A stretch of 64,000 bases of DNA, taken from NCBI GenBank assembly GCA_964507405.1, contig CAZDPJ010000003.1:1729-65728 (forward strand). The letters run 5' to 3'. Shown piece after piece: positions 42,911-52,172 of the stretch (position 1 is the stretch's first letter; every line of letters starts with the position of its first letter). The position numbers were made by a program, and so were the translations under genes. The notes beneath the pieces were generated by a model. That model did not search any database, was not told the origin of the DNA, and saw nothing but the letters and a program-made list of their open reading frames with translations. The DNA is from an uncultured Staphylococcaceae bacterium. Its GTDB lineage: Bacteria; Bacillota_I; Bacilli_A; ML615J-28; CAG-313.

Positions 42911-43969
42911 TTATTTGTCATAATTTGTACCAAAGATGTTTTTAGGATCATCCTCATTAACAAGTTTAACCCATCTAGCACTTCTTCCCTTTCCTAATGG
43001 TTTAATATAGTTTTCATCTCTTAATTTAAATAATGCTCTGTTAATAGTGGAGTCACTGACATCAGGATGATAAATTCTAATATCTTCTTTTGAAAATGTT
43101 GAAGGAAGTGAAGCAATTGTTTGTTCAATACCATCACTTTTATGCATTCGTTTATCAAATGATTGTTCTTTTAATATATTTGTTAGCTCTTTATATGAAC
43201 TAATTATACAATCAAATACTAATTCCACAATACCGTTAAGTTGAAGATGGCTTGTTGGAAAATTAATAAAACTAAGTCTAATTTCATTATCAAAGTTTTC
43301 TTTATTTTTTAAGTATATTTCAAAAAAACCAATATATTTAAAAACATCAATTTCGGATCTTAATAACATATAATAGAGTTCAAGTAACCCCGCAAGTTCA
43401 TTATGGTCAGAAAATGGTTTCATTAATACGGTTTCTAAGTATGTAATTACTGCTAAATATATTTTTTCATATGTTTTTTTCGTAAAATTAATATGATAAT
43501 TTTCTAACATTTTTTCATATGATAATCTGATACTAATTGGTTTAGTTACTTTATTTCTAACTCCTAATAAATCATCATAGTTTCGATTAGTAAATTTATG
43601 AGAATTTTTTCCAAAAATACGGTTTAAGTAAGTTAAAATATCACTGCCATTAAATGTATGATTTAAGGCATCTTTTTGAATAATTCTAAGTACTTCTTTT
43701 AATTCAACAAGTATTTTTTCTTCTTGATTATTTGGATTAGATCCTTTGGTTATTATTAATCGCATCCTATTTTCGGAAATATTTAAATTTAATATTGAGG
43801 CTAGAATAAAAGTTTCTCTTTCTATATTTTGTTCAATTAAATAAAATTTAGAATCACCTAGTTCTTTATCAAAAGTTTGATTTTGTCCGATGTATTTATA
43901 TACTTCTAACATTTTATTTAAAATATTTGATGGAAGCATGTAATTTGTTAAAGCTTCATAATTATTCAT
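42911..43969 (-). CDS. Fic-like protein with degenerate catalytic motif and C-terminal winged helix
   Basis: KPFSDHNELAG occupies the HPFxDGNGRxxR position; the C-terminus 'FSKEDIRIYHPDVSDSTINRALFKLRDENYIKPLGKGRSARW' is wHTH-like. Confidence 0.65.
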   Translation of the reverse strand: MNNYEALTNYMLPSNILNKMLEVYKYIGQNQTFDKELGDSKFYLIEQNIERETFILASILNLNISENRMRLIITKGSNPNNQEEKILVELKEVLRIIQKDALNHTFNGSDILTYLNRIFGKNSHKFTNRNYDDLLGVRNKVTKPISIRLSYEKMLENYHINFTKKTYEKIYLAVITYLETVLMKPFSDHNELAGLLELYYMLLRSEIDVFKYIGFFEIYLKNKENFDNEIRLSFINFPTSHLQLNGIVELVFDCIISSYKELTNILKEQSFDKRMHKSDGIEQTIASLPSTFSKEDIRIYHPDVSDSTINRALFKLRDENYIKPLGKGRSARWVKLVNEDDPKNIFGTNYDK

Positions 43970-44041
43970 AATATCACCATTAATAATTATAACCCAAAAA
44001 CTAAAAAAAAGCAATAAAAAAGTAAACAGAAAACCTGTTTA

Positions 44042-44944
44042 CTAAATACCATTTGGATTTCGTTTACTTTTAAAGGTAAAAGGAACAATACCTATTGCGA
44101 TAAATGACATTAAACTATAAATTAAAATAGAGATAATTTTAATATGTCTAATATCTTCAGGAATAAATCTTGTTAAAACAAAACAAATTCCTACTAAGAA
44201 AAAGCCAATTAAAAATCTAATAAATTTTTTTATTAAAGGAATATCAGTACTAAAATTAATGAATTTATGTTCAATTAAAGTACCAAAACTAAATCCTAAT
44301 AATAATGCATATGATTTAATAAAATCATTTTCAGCACTCTTTAAGCAAATAAATGGGGTAAAGATTAATAAAGTAATAAAATAAATAATAAGGCGTTTAT
44401 TATAAAATTTATTAATTATAAAATAACTTAAACTTGCAATTATAATACCAATTAATAATCCCGTAATAACATCACTTGGAAAGTGAACTCCAAGATAAAG
44501 TCTTGAAATTGGAATTAAAATCATTAAGGAAATGCAAATTATTTTCATCCATTTATAATTATAATTTAACATTAAACTAGTATATAACGCTCCAGCATTT
44601 TGACTATGTCCACTAGGAAAACTAGAACCAGTGGCTGAATCATTTAATGATGAGTCTTTTAATTTTTGTAAATGTTCTTTTCCTTCATATTGAAAAGGTC
44701 TTTTAAAATTAAATAAACTCTTTAAAACGCCATTTATACATAATGATGTTAGGATGGCATACCACATCTTCTCCCCTTTTTCTTTATTAATACACCAATA
44801 AGTGATTCCGATTATACCAATTAAGATAACAGCACCACCCATTTGGCTAATTAAGTAGAAAAGAATGTTTAAGAATGAATTTCCAATTTTATAAAACCAT
44901 TCCATTATTGGCATTTCAAGTGGTTCAAAAAATACTAAAAACAT
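44042..44944 (-). CDS. PAP2 family membrane phosphatase
   Basis: K...RP, SFPSGH and SRLYLGVHFPSDV motifs; multiple TMs. Confidence 0.92.
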   Translation of the reverse strand: MFLVFFEPLEMPIMEWFYKIGNSFLNILFYLISQMGGAVILIGIIGITYWCINKEKGEKMWYAILTSLCINGVLKSLFNFKRPFQYEGKEHLQKLKDSSLNDSATGSSFPSGHSQNAGALYTSLMLNYNYKWMKIICISLMILIPISRLYLGVHFPSDVITGLLIGIIIASLSYFIINKFYNKRLIIYFITLLIFTPFICLKSAENDFIKSYALLLGFSFGTLIEHKFINFSTDIPLIKKFIRFLIGFFLVGICFVLTRFIPEDIRHIKIISILIYSLMSFIAIGIVPFTFKSKRNPNGI

Positions 44945-44946
44945 TA

Positions 44947-45717
44947 TTAATATACCCGGACGTTTCCAATCCGTTCTTTCTTAAGGATTTTACTTCGTTT
45001 AGCTAGATCATATAATTGTTTTACTTCATGAACAGTTAAACTACGTACTTCTCCTTCTTGTAAATCATTGATATTGATATTTCCAAATCTTACTCTTGTT
45101 AATTTCTTTACTTCATGACCAATTGAAGCAAACATTTCTTTTACTTGATGATACATGCCTTCTGTAATAGTAATACGAACAAGGGATGAGTTATTTTTAC
45201 GATCAATACTTTCAATTTCAACAATTGAGGGAAGAGTCATACGACCATTAATTTTAACACCTTTTTCTAGTTTTGTCAACTCTTCATTTGTTATAACTCC
45301 CTTAATTCTTGCTAGATATTCTTTTTGAATACCACTTGATGGACCGACCATTTGATTCATAAAATCACCATCATTAGTAAGCAATAAAACTCCTTTTGTG
45401 TCGTAGTCTAAGCGACCAACTGGAAATAATCTTGTATCTTTTAATTCTGCTGGTAAGATATCAATTACCGTTGTACGATTATGTTCATCATTACAAGTTG
45501 AGATTATACCACGAGGTTTATTCATTGCAAGATAAAGTTTTTGTACTCTAACTAACAATATATCATCAAGAGTTATTTCATCACGTGGTGATACTTTAAC
45601 GCCAAGTGAATCAACAACTACGCCATTTACTTTTACTCTACCTTCTAGAATTAGTTCTTCGGCTTTTCTTCTAGAAGCAATTCCGCTTTCAGCAATTCTT
45701 TTTTGTATCCTTTCCAT
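44947..45717 (-). CDS. rluB: 23S rRNA pseudouridine synthase B family
   Basis: MERIQKRIAESGIASRRKAE (S4 domain), PVGRLDYDT and EGMYHQVK; follows spmB as in B. subtilis. Confidence 0.92.
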   Translation of the reverse strand: MERIQKRIAESGIASRRKAEELILEGRVKVNGVVVDSLGVKVSPRDEITLDDILLVRVQKLYLAMNKPRGIISTCNDEHNRTTVIDILPAELKDTRLFPVGRLDYDTKGVLLLTNDGDFMNQMVGPSSGIQKEYLARIKGVITNEELTKLEKGVKINGRMTLPSIVEIESIDRKNNSSLVRITITEGMYHQVKEMFASIGHEVKKLTRVRFGNININDLQEGEVRSLTVHEVKQLYDLAKRSKILKKERIGNVRVY

Positions 45718-45838
45718 TTTTTCCTCCAAGAAAATATTAATTTTATTAAGTATATTATACCAAATTTGACATTTTTTTGCAATATAATTGTACATAATAT
45801 TTTTAGGAAAAAATTAGTTAAATTTATAGATTAAGCAA

Positions 45839-46336
45839 TTAATTTTTATAAAAAATATAACAGAGTATAAAAACAATTAAAAAAGTTAAAAAATCATTTA
45901 ATAATCCAATTTTTAAAGAATTTCCTACCTTATTCATTTTAATACTACCAAAATATAAGGCTATAATATAGATGGTCGTATCATTACATCCTTGAAGAAT
46001 AGATGCGACATTTCCAGATAAACTATCTACGCCATAACTTTCAAATACTTTAACCATCATCACCATTGCTGAACTATGAGAGATGGGTCTTAAAAATGCT
46101 TGAATAAAAAGTTCGGGAGCAAAAAAGGAATTTGGAAAGATATCTTTTATTAATTCAATTATGCCACTATTGACAAATACATTAATGGATATTATTAAAA
46201 TCATAATTGTAGGAAAGATATTTTTAATAGTACTGAAGTTTTGTTCAATACCTCTTTCAAAGGCATTAAAAGATTTCACTTTTTTTATTAATCCATATAT
46301 AACGATAAATAAAATATAAAAAACAATTAAAATCAT
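45839..46336 (-). CDS. spmB: Spore maturation protein B
   Basis: FNAFERG, LRPISHS and DTTIYIIALYFGS; dacB-spmA-spmB order. Confidence 0.88.
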   Translation of the reverse strand: MILIVFYILFIVIYGLIKKVKSFNAFERGIEQNFSTIKNIFPTIMILIISINVFVNSGIIELIKDIFPNSFFAPELFIQAFLRPISHSSAMVMMVKVFESYGVDSLSGNVASILQGCNDTTIYIIALYFGSIKMNKVGNSLKIGLLNDFLTFLIVFILCYIFYKN

Positions 46337-46923
46337 TTATGTTTCCTCTTATTTATAAAATAAAAAATACGATCTAAAATAATAGCCATTGTTGAAGATA
46401 TAATTGTACAAAGAATCATTAATGATATTAAAGAAATAGAATTATTTCCTTTATACATGGATCTAATACCAAGAATTGTAGTTGGAAATATGGTCAAAGA
46501 ACTAACATTCATAATGATAAAAGTAATCATACTTCTTGATGGTGATGATTTATTTGGATTTAATTTTTGTAATTCTTCAAAGGCTTTTAAGCCAAGTGGG
46601 GTTGCGGCTGAACCTAATCCTAATAAATTAGCAATTATATTTGAACAAATATATTCAAGCGCAAGATCATCTTCTTTTAATTCGGGATATAATTTTAATA
46701 AAGGTTTTTTAAAGATTTTAGTTAAATTTTTGATTAATCCGCTTTCTATTGCAATATTGAAAACACCACCCCAAAATAAAATAATTAAGCTAACATTAAA
46801 AAATATTTCAAAAGCTTCATTTGTTGAATTCATAATGATATTTCCCATATCATTTATCTTTCCTGTAAAGATACTAATAATTATACCAACGATTAATAAA
46901 GCGTTCCAAACATAATTAATCAT
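46333..46923 (-). CDS. spmA: Spore maturation protein A
   Basis: MINYVW, ANLLGLGSAATPLGLKAFEELQ and PTTILGIR. Confidence 0.95.
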   Translation of the reverse strand: MINYVWNALLIVGIIISIFTGKINDMGNIIMNSTNEAFEIFFNVSLIILFWGGVFNIAIESGLIKNLTKIFKKPLLKLYPELKEDDLALEYICSNIIANLLGLGSAATPLGLKAFEELQKLNPNKSSPSRSMITFIIMNVSSLTIFPTTILGIRSMYKGNNSISLISLMILCTIISSTMAIILDRIFYFINKRKHK

Positions 46924-46958
46924 CTTTTTTTCCTTTCAAACGCTCTGAGAACGGTTTT
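46904..46958 (-). repeat. Dispersed 55-bp repeat copy overlapping dacB end and spmA start
   Basis: AAAACCGTTC TCAGAGCGTT TGAAAGGAAA AAAGATGATT AATTA; 34 of the first 45 positions match the 41495 copy (hand count). Confidence 0.7.
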
Positions 46959-47836
46959 ATGACACTAATTTCATCAAAATATGAAGTAAAGCGTTTATTT
47001 TTAGTAAATAATGAATTATAAAAATATTGATGTACTTGCCAATCATTAGGACAATTAAATGTAACAACTACATAATATTCATCTTTATATTGATATAAAG
47101 TAACAAGTGTCCTTCCTGCTTTTTTAGTATATCCTGTTTTTCCACCAATTACATAATCATAAGTTTGAACAAGTTTATGTTTATGATGATAATACAAAGT
47201 ATGATTTTCAAGTTTTACAATTTTATTTTTAGTGCTTATTATTTCTAAAAATTTTTTATTTTTAATTCCATATGTTACAAGTTTTGCCATATCAAGTGCT
47301 GTTGTATAATTCTCATTTTCATCATCAAGTCCTGAAGGATTATTAAAGATTGAATTTGACATATTTACTTTTTTTGCTAGTTTGTTCATTAAATAAATAA
47401 AGTCTTGTTCATTATTCGTTAGACTAAGAGATAGTGCTTTTGCTGCATCATTTCCAGAGTTTAACATCAATCCATATAATAGGTCTTCTACTTTTATAAA
47501 ATCATTTACTTCTAAATATATTTTAGATCCTTCACAATTAATCATTTCCTTGGTTATTAAAACATACTCTTCGATATTAAAAAAATCAAGCACCGTAAGG
47601 CATGTCAATATTTTAGTAATTGAGGCCGGGAGTAGTGCTTGATTTATATTTTTTTGATAAAGTATTTCGAAATTAGAACAATTCATAAATATACATGCAT
47701 CAGCGTCTACAACATTTAAGTTATTTGTATTTACTATATTAATGTCATTACTAGTATAAACTTTAACTCTAATAATTGAGATTGCAAGCATGAGATATGC
47801 TAGTAATGATAAAATAAGTAATCCTTTAGTTTTCAA
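46916..47836 (-). CDS. dacB: D-alanyl-D-alanine carboxypeptidase (PBP5*-like)
   Basis: SxxK (ASITK), SGN (SGND) and KTG (GKTG); upstream of spmAB. Probable TTG start at 47836 after GGTGA. Confidence 0.9.
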   Translation of the reverse strand: MKTKGLLILSLLAYLMLAISIIRVKVYTSNDINIVNTNNLNVVDADACIFMNCSNFEILYQKNINQALLPASITKILTCLTVLDFFNIEEYVLITKEMINCEGSKIYLEVNDFIKVEDLLYGLMLNSGNDAAKALSLSLTNNEQDFIYLMNKLAKKVNMSNSIFNNPSGLDDENENYTTALDMAKLVTYGIKNKKFLEIISTKNKIVKLENHTLYYHHKHKLVQTYDYVIGGKTGYTKKAGRTLVTLYQYKDEYYVVVTFNCPNDWQVHQYFYNSLFTKNKRFTSYFDEISVIKPFSERLKGKKDD

Positions 47837-47892
47837 GCTTATCACCAATACATTATATTCATTAATGTTAAAAATATAATTAATTTTTAGAA

Positions 47893-47947
47893 TTTGAATG
47901 GATAAATTATCATAAAATTATTTTTCAAACGCTTATAGAAAAGTTTT
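47893..47947 (-). repeat. Dispersed 55-bp repeat copy
   Basis: AAAACTTTTC TATAAGCGTT TGAAAAATAA TTTTATGATA ATTTATCCAT TCAAA, starting 4 nt after the MATE stop codon. Confidence 0.65.
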
Positions 47948-47951
47948 ATTC

Positions 47952-49325
47952 TTATATTTTATACACTACATTCTTTATAACTTTATTCAACATTAATAAC
48001 GAAATTAAACAAGTAAGAAACTCAGATATCGGGAATGTCCACCATATTAAGTTAACAACATTAGTAGATTTTGAAAATAAAATAGAAATAGGAAAAACAA
48101 ATATAATTAGTCTTAATAACGCAGTAAAAAGAGGCTTAAACGGAAACCTTAATGCTTGAAAAACACCTTGGATTGCGACACTACACCCCATAAAGACATA
48201 ACCAAGAGAGGCTATTCTTGTTGCTTTTTCACAAACATCAATTAGTTCTACTGTTGATGAATTAGATATTGCGAATAACATAGATAAAGGTCTAGCTATT
48301 ATTTCAAAAATAAGGGTAATTATTATACATATAATAATTGAATCAAAAATCCCATATTTTATACATTCTAGTGACCTTGCTTTATTTTTTAATCCATAGT
48401 TAAAGGATAAAATGGTAATAATGGTATTAGATAATCCAAAACAGGAAAATAGAGCTATTTGTTGAATCTTATAATAGATTCCAAATGAACCAACTAAAAT
48501 AGTTGAATCTACTTTTGTACTTCCTAATATAATATTCATTCCAGCCATCATAATTGATAATAAACCCTGCATTAAAGCAGCTGAAATTCCTATTGAATAA
48601 ATTGCTTTAATAACATTAATATCTGGTTTAATATATTTAATATTACCTTTTATTTCCGAATTTTTAAAATAATGAAAATACATTGCAATAAACATTGAAA
48701 CGAATTGCCCAAGAACCGTCGCAATCGCAGCTCCTTCTACTTTTAAATTTAGAGGAAAAATAAAAATATAATCAAAGATAACATTTATTATAGCTCCAGA
48801 GATTTGAGAAATAGTTGAATAAAGTGATTTTCCAGTTGCTTGTAAAAATCTTTCATAAATCGTAAATCCTATTGAACCTAGACTGAAAATACAACAAATT
48901 GATAGATAGTTACTTCCCATACTTACTACTTTTTCGTTATTTGTAAATAAAGATATAAATGGTTTTGATAGAAATATACCAAAAATTAAAAAGACTAAAT
49001 AAATAATGATTCCTAGAAATATCCCATTTCCAGCTATTTTATTTACTTTTTCATTGTTTTTTTCACCTAAACTTTTTGATAATAATGAATTTAAACCAAC
49101 TCCGGTTCCAACACCAATTGCAATAATTAGAATTTGAATTGGAAAAGCATAAGTTAATGCTTCATTAGCAAGAGCTCCTACATCCTTAATATTGGCAACA
49201 AATATACTATCAACTACATTATATAAAGCTTGTAAAACCATTGAAATAATCATTGGTATTCCTATTTTTAATAATAGTTTTTTTATTTTTTCAGTTGCCA
49301 TAATATTTAATTTAACTTCTTCCAT
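47952..49325 (-). CDS. MATE family efflux transporter
   Basis: PMIISMVLQALYNVVDSIFV, FLQATGK, INVIFDYIFI and EGAAIATVLGQ; RBS AAGGAG before ATG 49325. Confidence 0.94.
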   Translation of the reverse strand: MEEVKLNIMATEKIKKLLLKIGIPMIISMVLQALYNVVDSIFVANIKDVGALANEALTYAFPIQILIIAIGVGTGVGLNSLLSKSLGEKNNEKVNKIAGNGIFLGIIIYLVFLIFGIFLSKPFISLFTNNEKVVSMGSNYLSICCIFSLGSIGFTIYERFLQATGKSLYSTISQISGAIINVIFDYIFIFPLNLKVEGAAIATVLGQFVSMFIAMYFHYFKNSEIKGNIKYIKPDINVIKAIYSIGISAALMQGLLSIMMAGMNIILGSTKVDSTILVGSFGIYYKIQQIALFSCFGLSNTIITILSFNYGLKNKARSLECIKYGIFDSIIICIIITLIFEIIARPLSMLFAISNSSTVELIDVCEKATRIASLGYVFMGCSVAIQGVFQALRFPFKPLFTALLRLIIFVFPISILFSKSTNVVNLIWWTFPISEFLTCLISLLMLNKVIKNVVYKI

Positions 49326-49344
49326 GTTTTTCTCCTTTTCTTTC

Positions 49345-49442
49345 AAAAAATAAAAAAACGTGCAAATCCAGGACAACTGGACTTACACATTTCTGTTACA
49401 CATTGACTTTATTATTTTATCATAATTTTTAATTTTTTGCAA
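49345..49442 (-). promoter_or_regulatory. Sigma-A promoter plus terminator-containing leader (candidate attenuator) of MATE gene
   Basis: TTGCAA-N17-TAAAAT (49442-49414), then a 12-bp stem GTGTAAGTCCAG/CTGGATTTGCAC with a U-run before the RBS. Confidence 0.6.
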
Positions 49443-49452
49443 ATTTTTAAAA

Positions 49453-50352
49453 TTAATTTTTTATAAAATCTCTAATAATTTTTTTAACTTCTTCAATTGT
49501 ATTATTAAAATTTTCGCGATCAATATCAATTATTTTAATGTTATTATGACGCTTAAACCATGTTATTTGCCTTTTAGCAAGATGTCTTGTATTTTTCTTA
49601 ATTTCATCTATACATGCTAATAGTTCTTGTTCACCATTTAAATATGGTATTAATTCTTTATAACCTATTGCTAGTGATGCTGTTTTACTAAGTTTTAATT
49701 TACTTAAGGCTTTTACTTCTTCAATTAATCCTTCTTCTATCATTAAATCTACTCTTTTATTTAAGTTATCATATAGTTTACTACGTTCTTCATTTAAAAA
49801 GATGATTAATGGTTCATAAACAAGGGTATTATTAAATTCATTTATTAATGAATTGGTACTTGCAAGTTCAATTGCTCTTAAAACTCTTTTACGATTATTA
49901 GGATGAATTTTAATTGCGGCATCTGTATTTAAAGATTTTAAAATCTGATGTAATTCTTCATTCGATAAATTAGCATATTGCTCTTCAGTACTATTGTTTC
50001 TACCTTCTTTTGTAAAATTATAATCATAAATGATACTATCAATATACAGACCACTACCACCAACAATTAGAGGAATTTTATTTTGTTTAGTAAATTCATT
50101 GATTAGATTTCTTACATTTTTTTGATATTCAGCTACAGAGTATTCCTCAGTCGGAAGTTTTATATCAAATAAATGATGAGGAATGTTTTCTTTTTCTTCT
50201 TCTTTTATTTTTGCTGTCAAAATATCCATACCTTTATATACTTGATATGCATCACCATTGATGATTTCTGTATTTAACATTTCCGCAATTTTGATTGATA
50301 ATTTTGTTTTGCCTGTTCCTGTTGGTCCTGTAATAATTATTACTTTTTCCAT
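49453..50352 (-). CDS. miaA: tRNA dimethylallyltransferase
   Basis: GPTGTGKT, DAYQVYKGMDI, GGSGLY, HPNN...RAIE and AKRQITWF. Confidence 0.96.
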   Translation of the reverse strand: MEKVIIITGPTGTGKTKLSIKIAEMLNTEIINGDAYQVYKGMDILTAKIKEEEKENIPHHLFDIKLPTEEYSVAEYQKNVRNLINEFTKQNKIPLIVGGSGLYIDSIIYDYNFTKEGRNNSTEEQYANLSNEELHQILKSLNTDAAIKIHPNNRKRVLRAIELASTNSLINEFNNTLVYEPLIIFLNEERSKLYDNLNKRVDLMIEEGLIEEVKALSKLKLSKTASLAIGYKELIPYLNGEQELLACIDEIKKNTRHLAKRQITWFKRHNNIKIIDIDRENFNNTIEEVKKIIRDFIKN

Positions 50353-52172
50353 TACATCACCCTTTTAAACATTTTTTCAAGTTCATATTTAGAAAATTGA
50401 ATAATGGTAGGTCTTCCATGAGGACAAGTGTAAGGCATTTGACAAGTATCAAGTTTTTCCATTAATGATTTTACTTCTTCTATAGTTATTTCCATATTAG
50501 CCTTAATTGATTTTTTACAACTTAATTTTTTAGCAAGACTATCTTGCATGATTTGTTTATTAACCATTTTATTATTTAATAAATACTCAATAATATCTCT
50601 TATATATGATTCTTCTTGACCTTTAGGTATCCAGAAAGGGATGCTTCTAACAAGAATTACATTATTACCAAATTGTTCAACTTTAATATGCATTCTTTCT
50701 AATTCGTTTGCTTTTTCCATAATTAGATTTATTTGACTAATATTATATTCTAGTTTTAATGGAATTAGTAACTCGTATGCTAAATTATTGCCTTCTTGGT
50801 ATAATTTCTTTTTAATGGTTTCATACATGTATCTTTCCATCCCCGCATGTTGATCTATTAAATATAATGTATTATTATTTTCCATTATTAAATATGTTTT
50901 ATTAAATTGACCAATATAATTAAGACTTTTAAAGAAATCATTTTCTTTTTCTTTTAGTAGGGGCTCTTCATATAATTCTTCTTCATTTAGATTATCATTA
51001 TAAATTTCATTTTTTTCTTCTTTTTTTACCTCTTTATTATACGGTTCAAACATGTCCCAGAGATTATCAAGATTATTTTCTACCTTATTTTTAGTTTCAT
51101 CTTCTGTAAAACGGGTTACAGGATCAAATAGAGTGGTTTTTGGTTCAATAACTTCATCAGCAGTTTGACTTGTTATTAACTCTTTTTTATTAAGAGATGA
51201 ATAAATAGTTTTCGAAATTAGTTGTTTTAATCGATATTCATCGGTAAATTTAATCTCAAGTTTAGAGGGATGAATATTAACATCTAATAAACCATAATCA
51301 CAAGTTATTTTTAGAATCGTTATCGGATACTTACCAATTGGAAGGATTGTTTGATAAGCATCACATACACTATATACTAGTGATTGGTTTTTAATAATTC
51401 TTCCATTGGCAATTAAAATGATGCCATTTTTATTTGAACGATTAATTGCATTACTTGTAGTATATCCTTCAATATGATATAGATCATTATCACCATTAAA
51501 TTCGATAATATTTTTTGCAACTTCTTTTCCAAATGTTTCACTTATGATTAATTCAATATTATCTTTGCCATCGGTTTGTAATAAAGTTTTATTATTATTA
51601 CTTAATGAAAAAGCAATATTGGGATAGGCAATGGCAAATTTATTAACAATTGATGTAATATTAGCAAGTTCAGTTGAATCAGAACTTAGATGCTTGAAGC
51701 GAGCTGGGGTATTATAGAATAAATCTTCAACCTCAATCTTAGTTCCAGATGTCATCGCACATGGAGTTTCATTTATAATTTTTCCATTTTTATAAGTATA
51801 ACTATAACCATTTAAATCAGTAGTTCCTGAAGATATTTTAAATAGAGAAACACTAGCAATTGAAGGCAGTGCTTCACCTCTAAAACCAAGGGATGAAATA
51901 TTAAATAAATCAGTTGATGTTTTAATTTTACTAGTTGCATTTCTTTTTAAGGCAATTGGTATTTCTTCTTTATCAATGCCATAACCATTATCAGTTATAG
52001 TTATTTTTTTTAAGCCTGAATCTATTAGTTCTATTTTTATTGATGAGGCTTGTGCATCGATACTATTTTCAACTAATTCTTTGACGACACTTGCGGGGCG
52101 TTCAACTACTTCTCCAGCCGCGATTAAATTTTTTAGTTCTTCAGATAATTCAATAATATGATTTTTAATCAT
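50352..52172 (-). CDS. mutL: DNA mismatch repair endonuclease MutL
   Basis: IAAGEVVERPASVVKELVENSID, GFRGEAL, DQHAGMER and CPHGRP. Confidence 0.97.
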   Translation of the reverse strand: MIKNHIIELSEELKNLIAAGEVVERPASVVKELVENSIDAQASSIKIELIDSGLKKITITDNGYGIDKEEIPIALKRNATSKIKTSTDLFNISSLGFRGEALPSIASVSLFKISSGTTDLNGYSYTYKNGKIINETPCAMTSGTKIEVEDLFYNTPARFKHLSSDSTELANITSIVNKFAIAYPNIAFSLSNNNKTLLQTDGKDNIELIISETFGKEVAKNIIEFNGDNDLYHIEGYTTSNAINRSNKNGIILIANGRIIKNQSLVYSVCDAYQTILPIGKYPITILKITCDYGLLDVNIHPSKLEIKFTDEYRLKQLISKTIYSSLNKKELITSQTADEVIEPKTTLFDPVTRFTEDETKNKVENNLDNLWDMFEPYNKEVKKEEKNEIYNDNLNEEELYEEPLLKEKENDFFKSLNYIGQFNKTYLIMENNNTLYLIDQHAGMERYMYETIKKKLYQEGNNLAYELLIPLKLEYNISQINLIMEKANELERMHIKVEQFGNNVILVRSIPFWIPKGQEESYIRDIIEYLLNNKMVNKQIMQDSLAKKLSCKKSIKANMEITIEEVKSLMEKLDTCQMPYTCPHGRPTIIQFSKYELEKMFKRVM

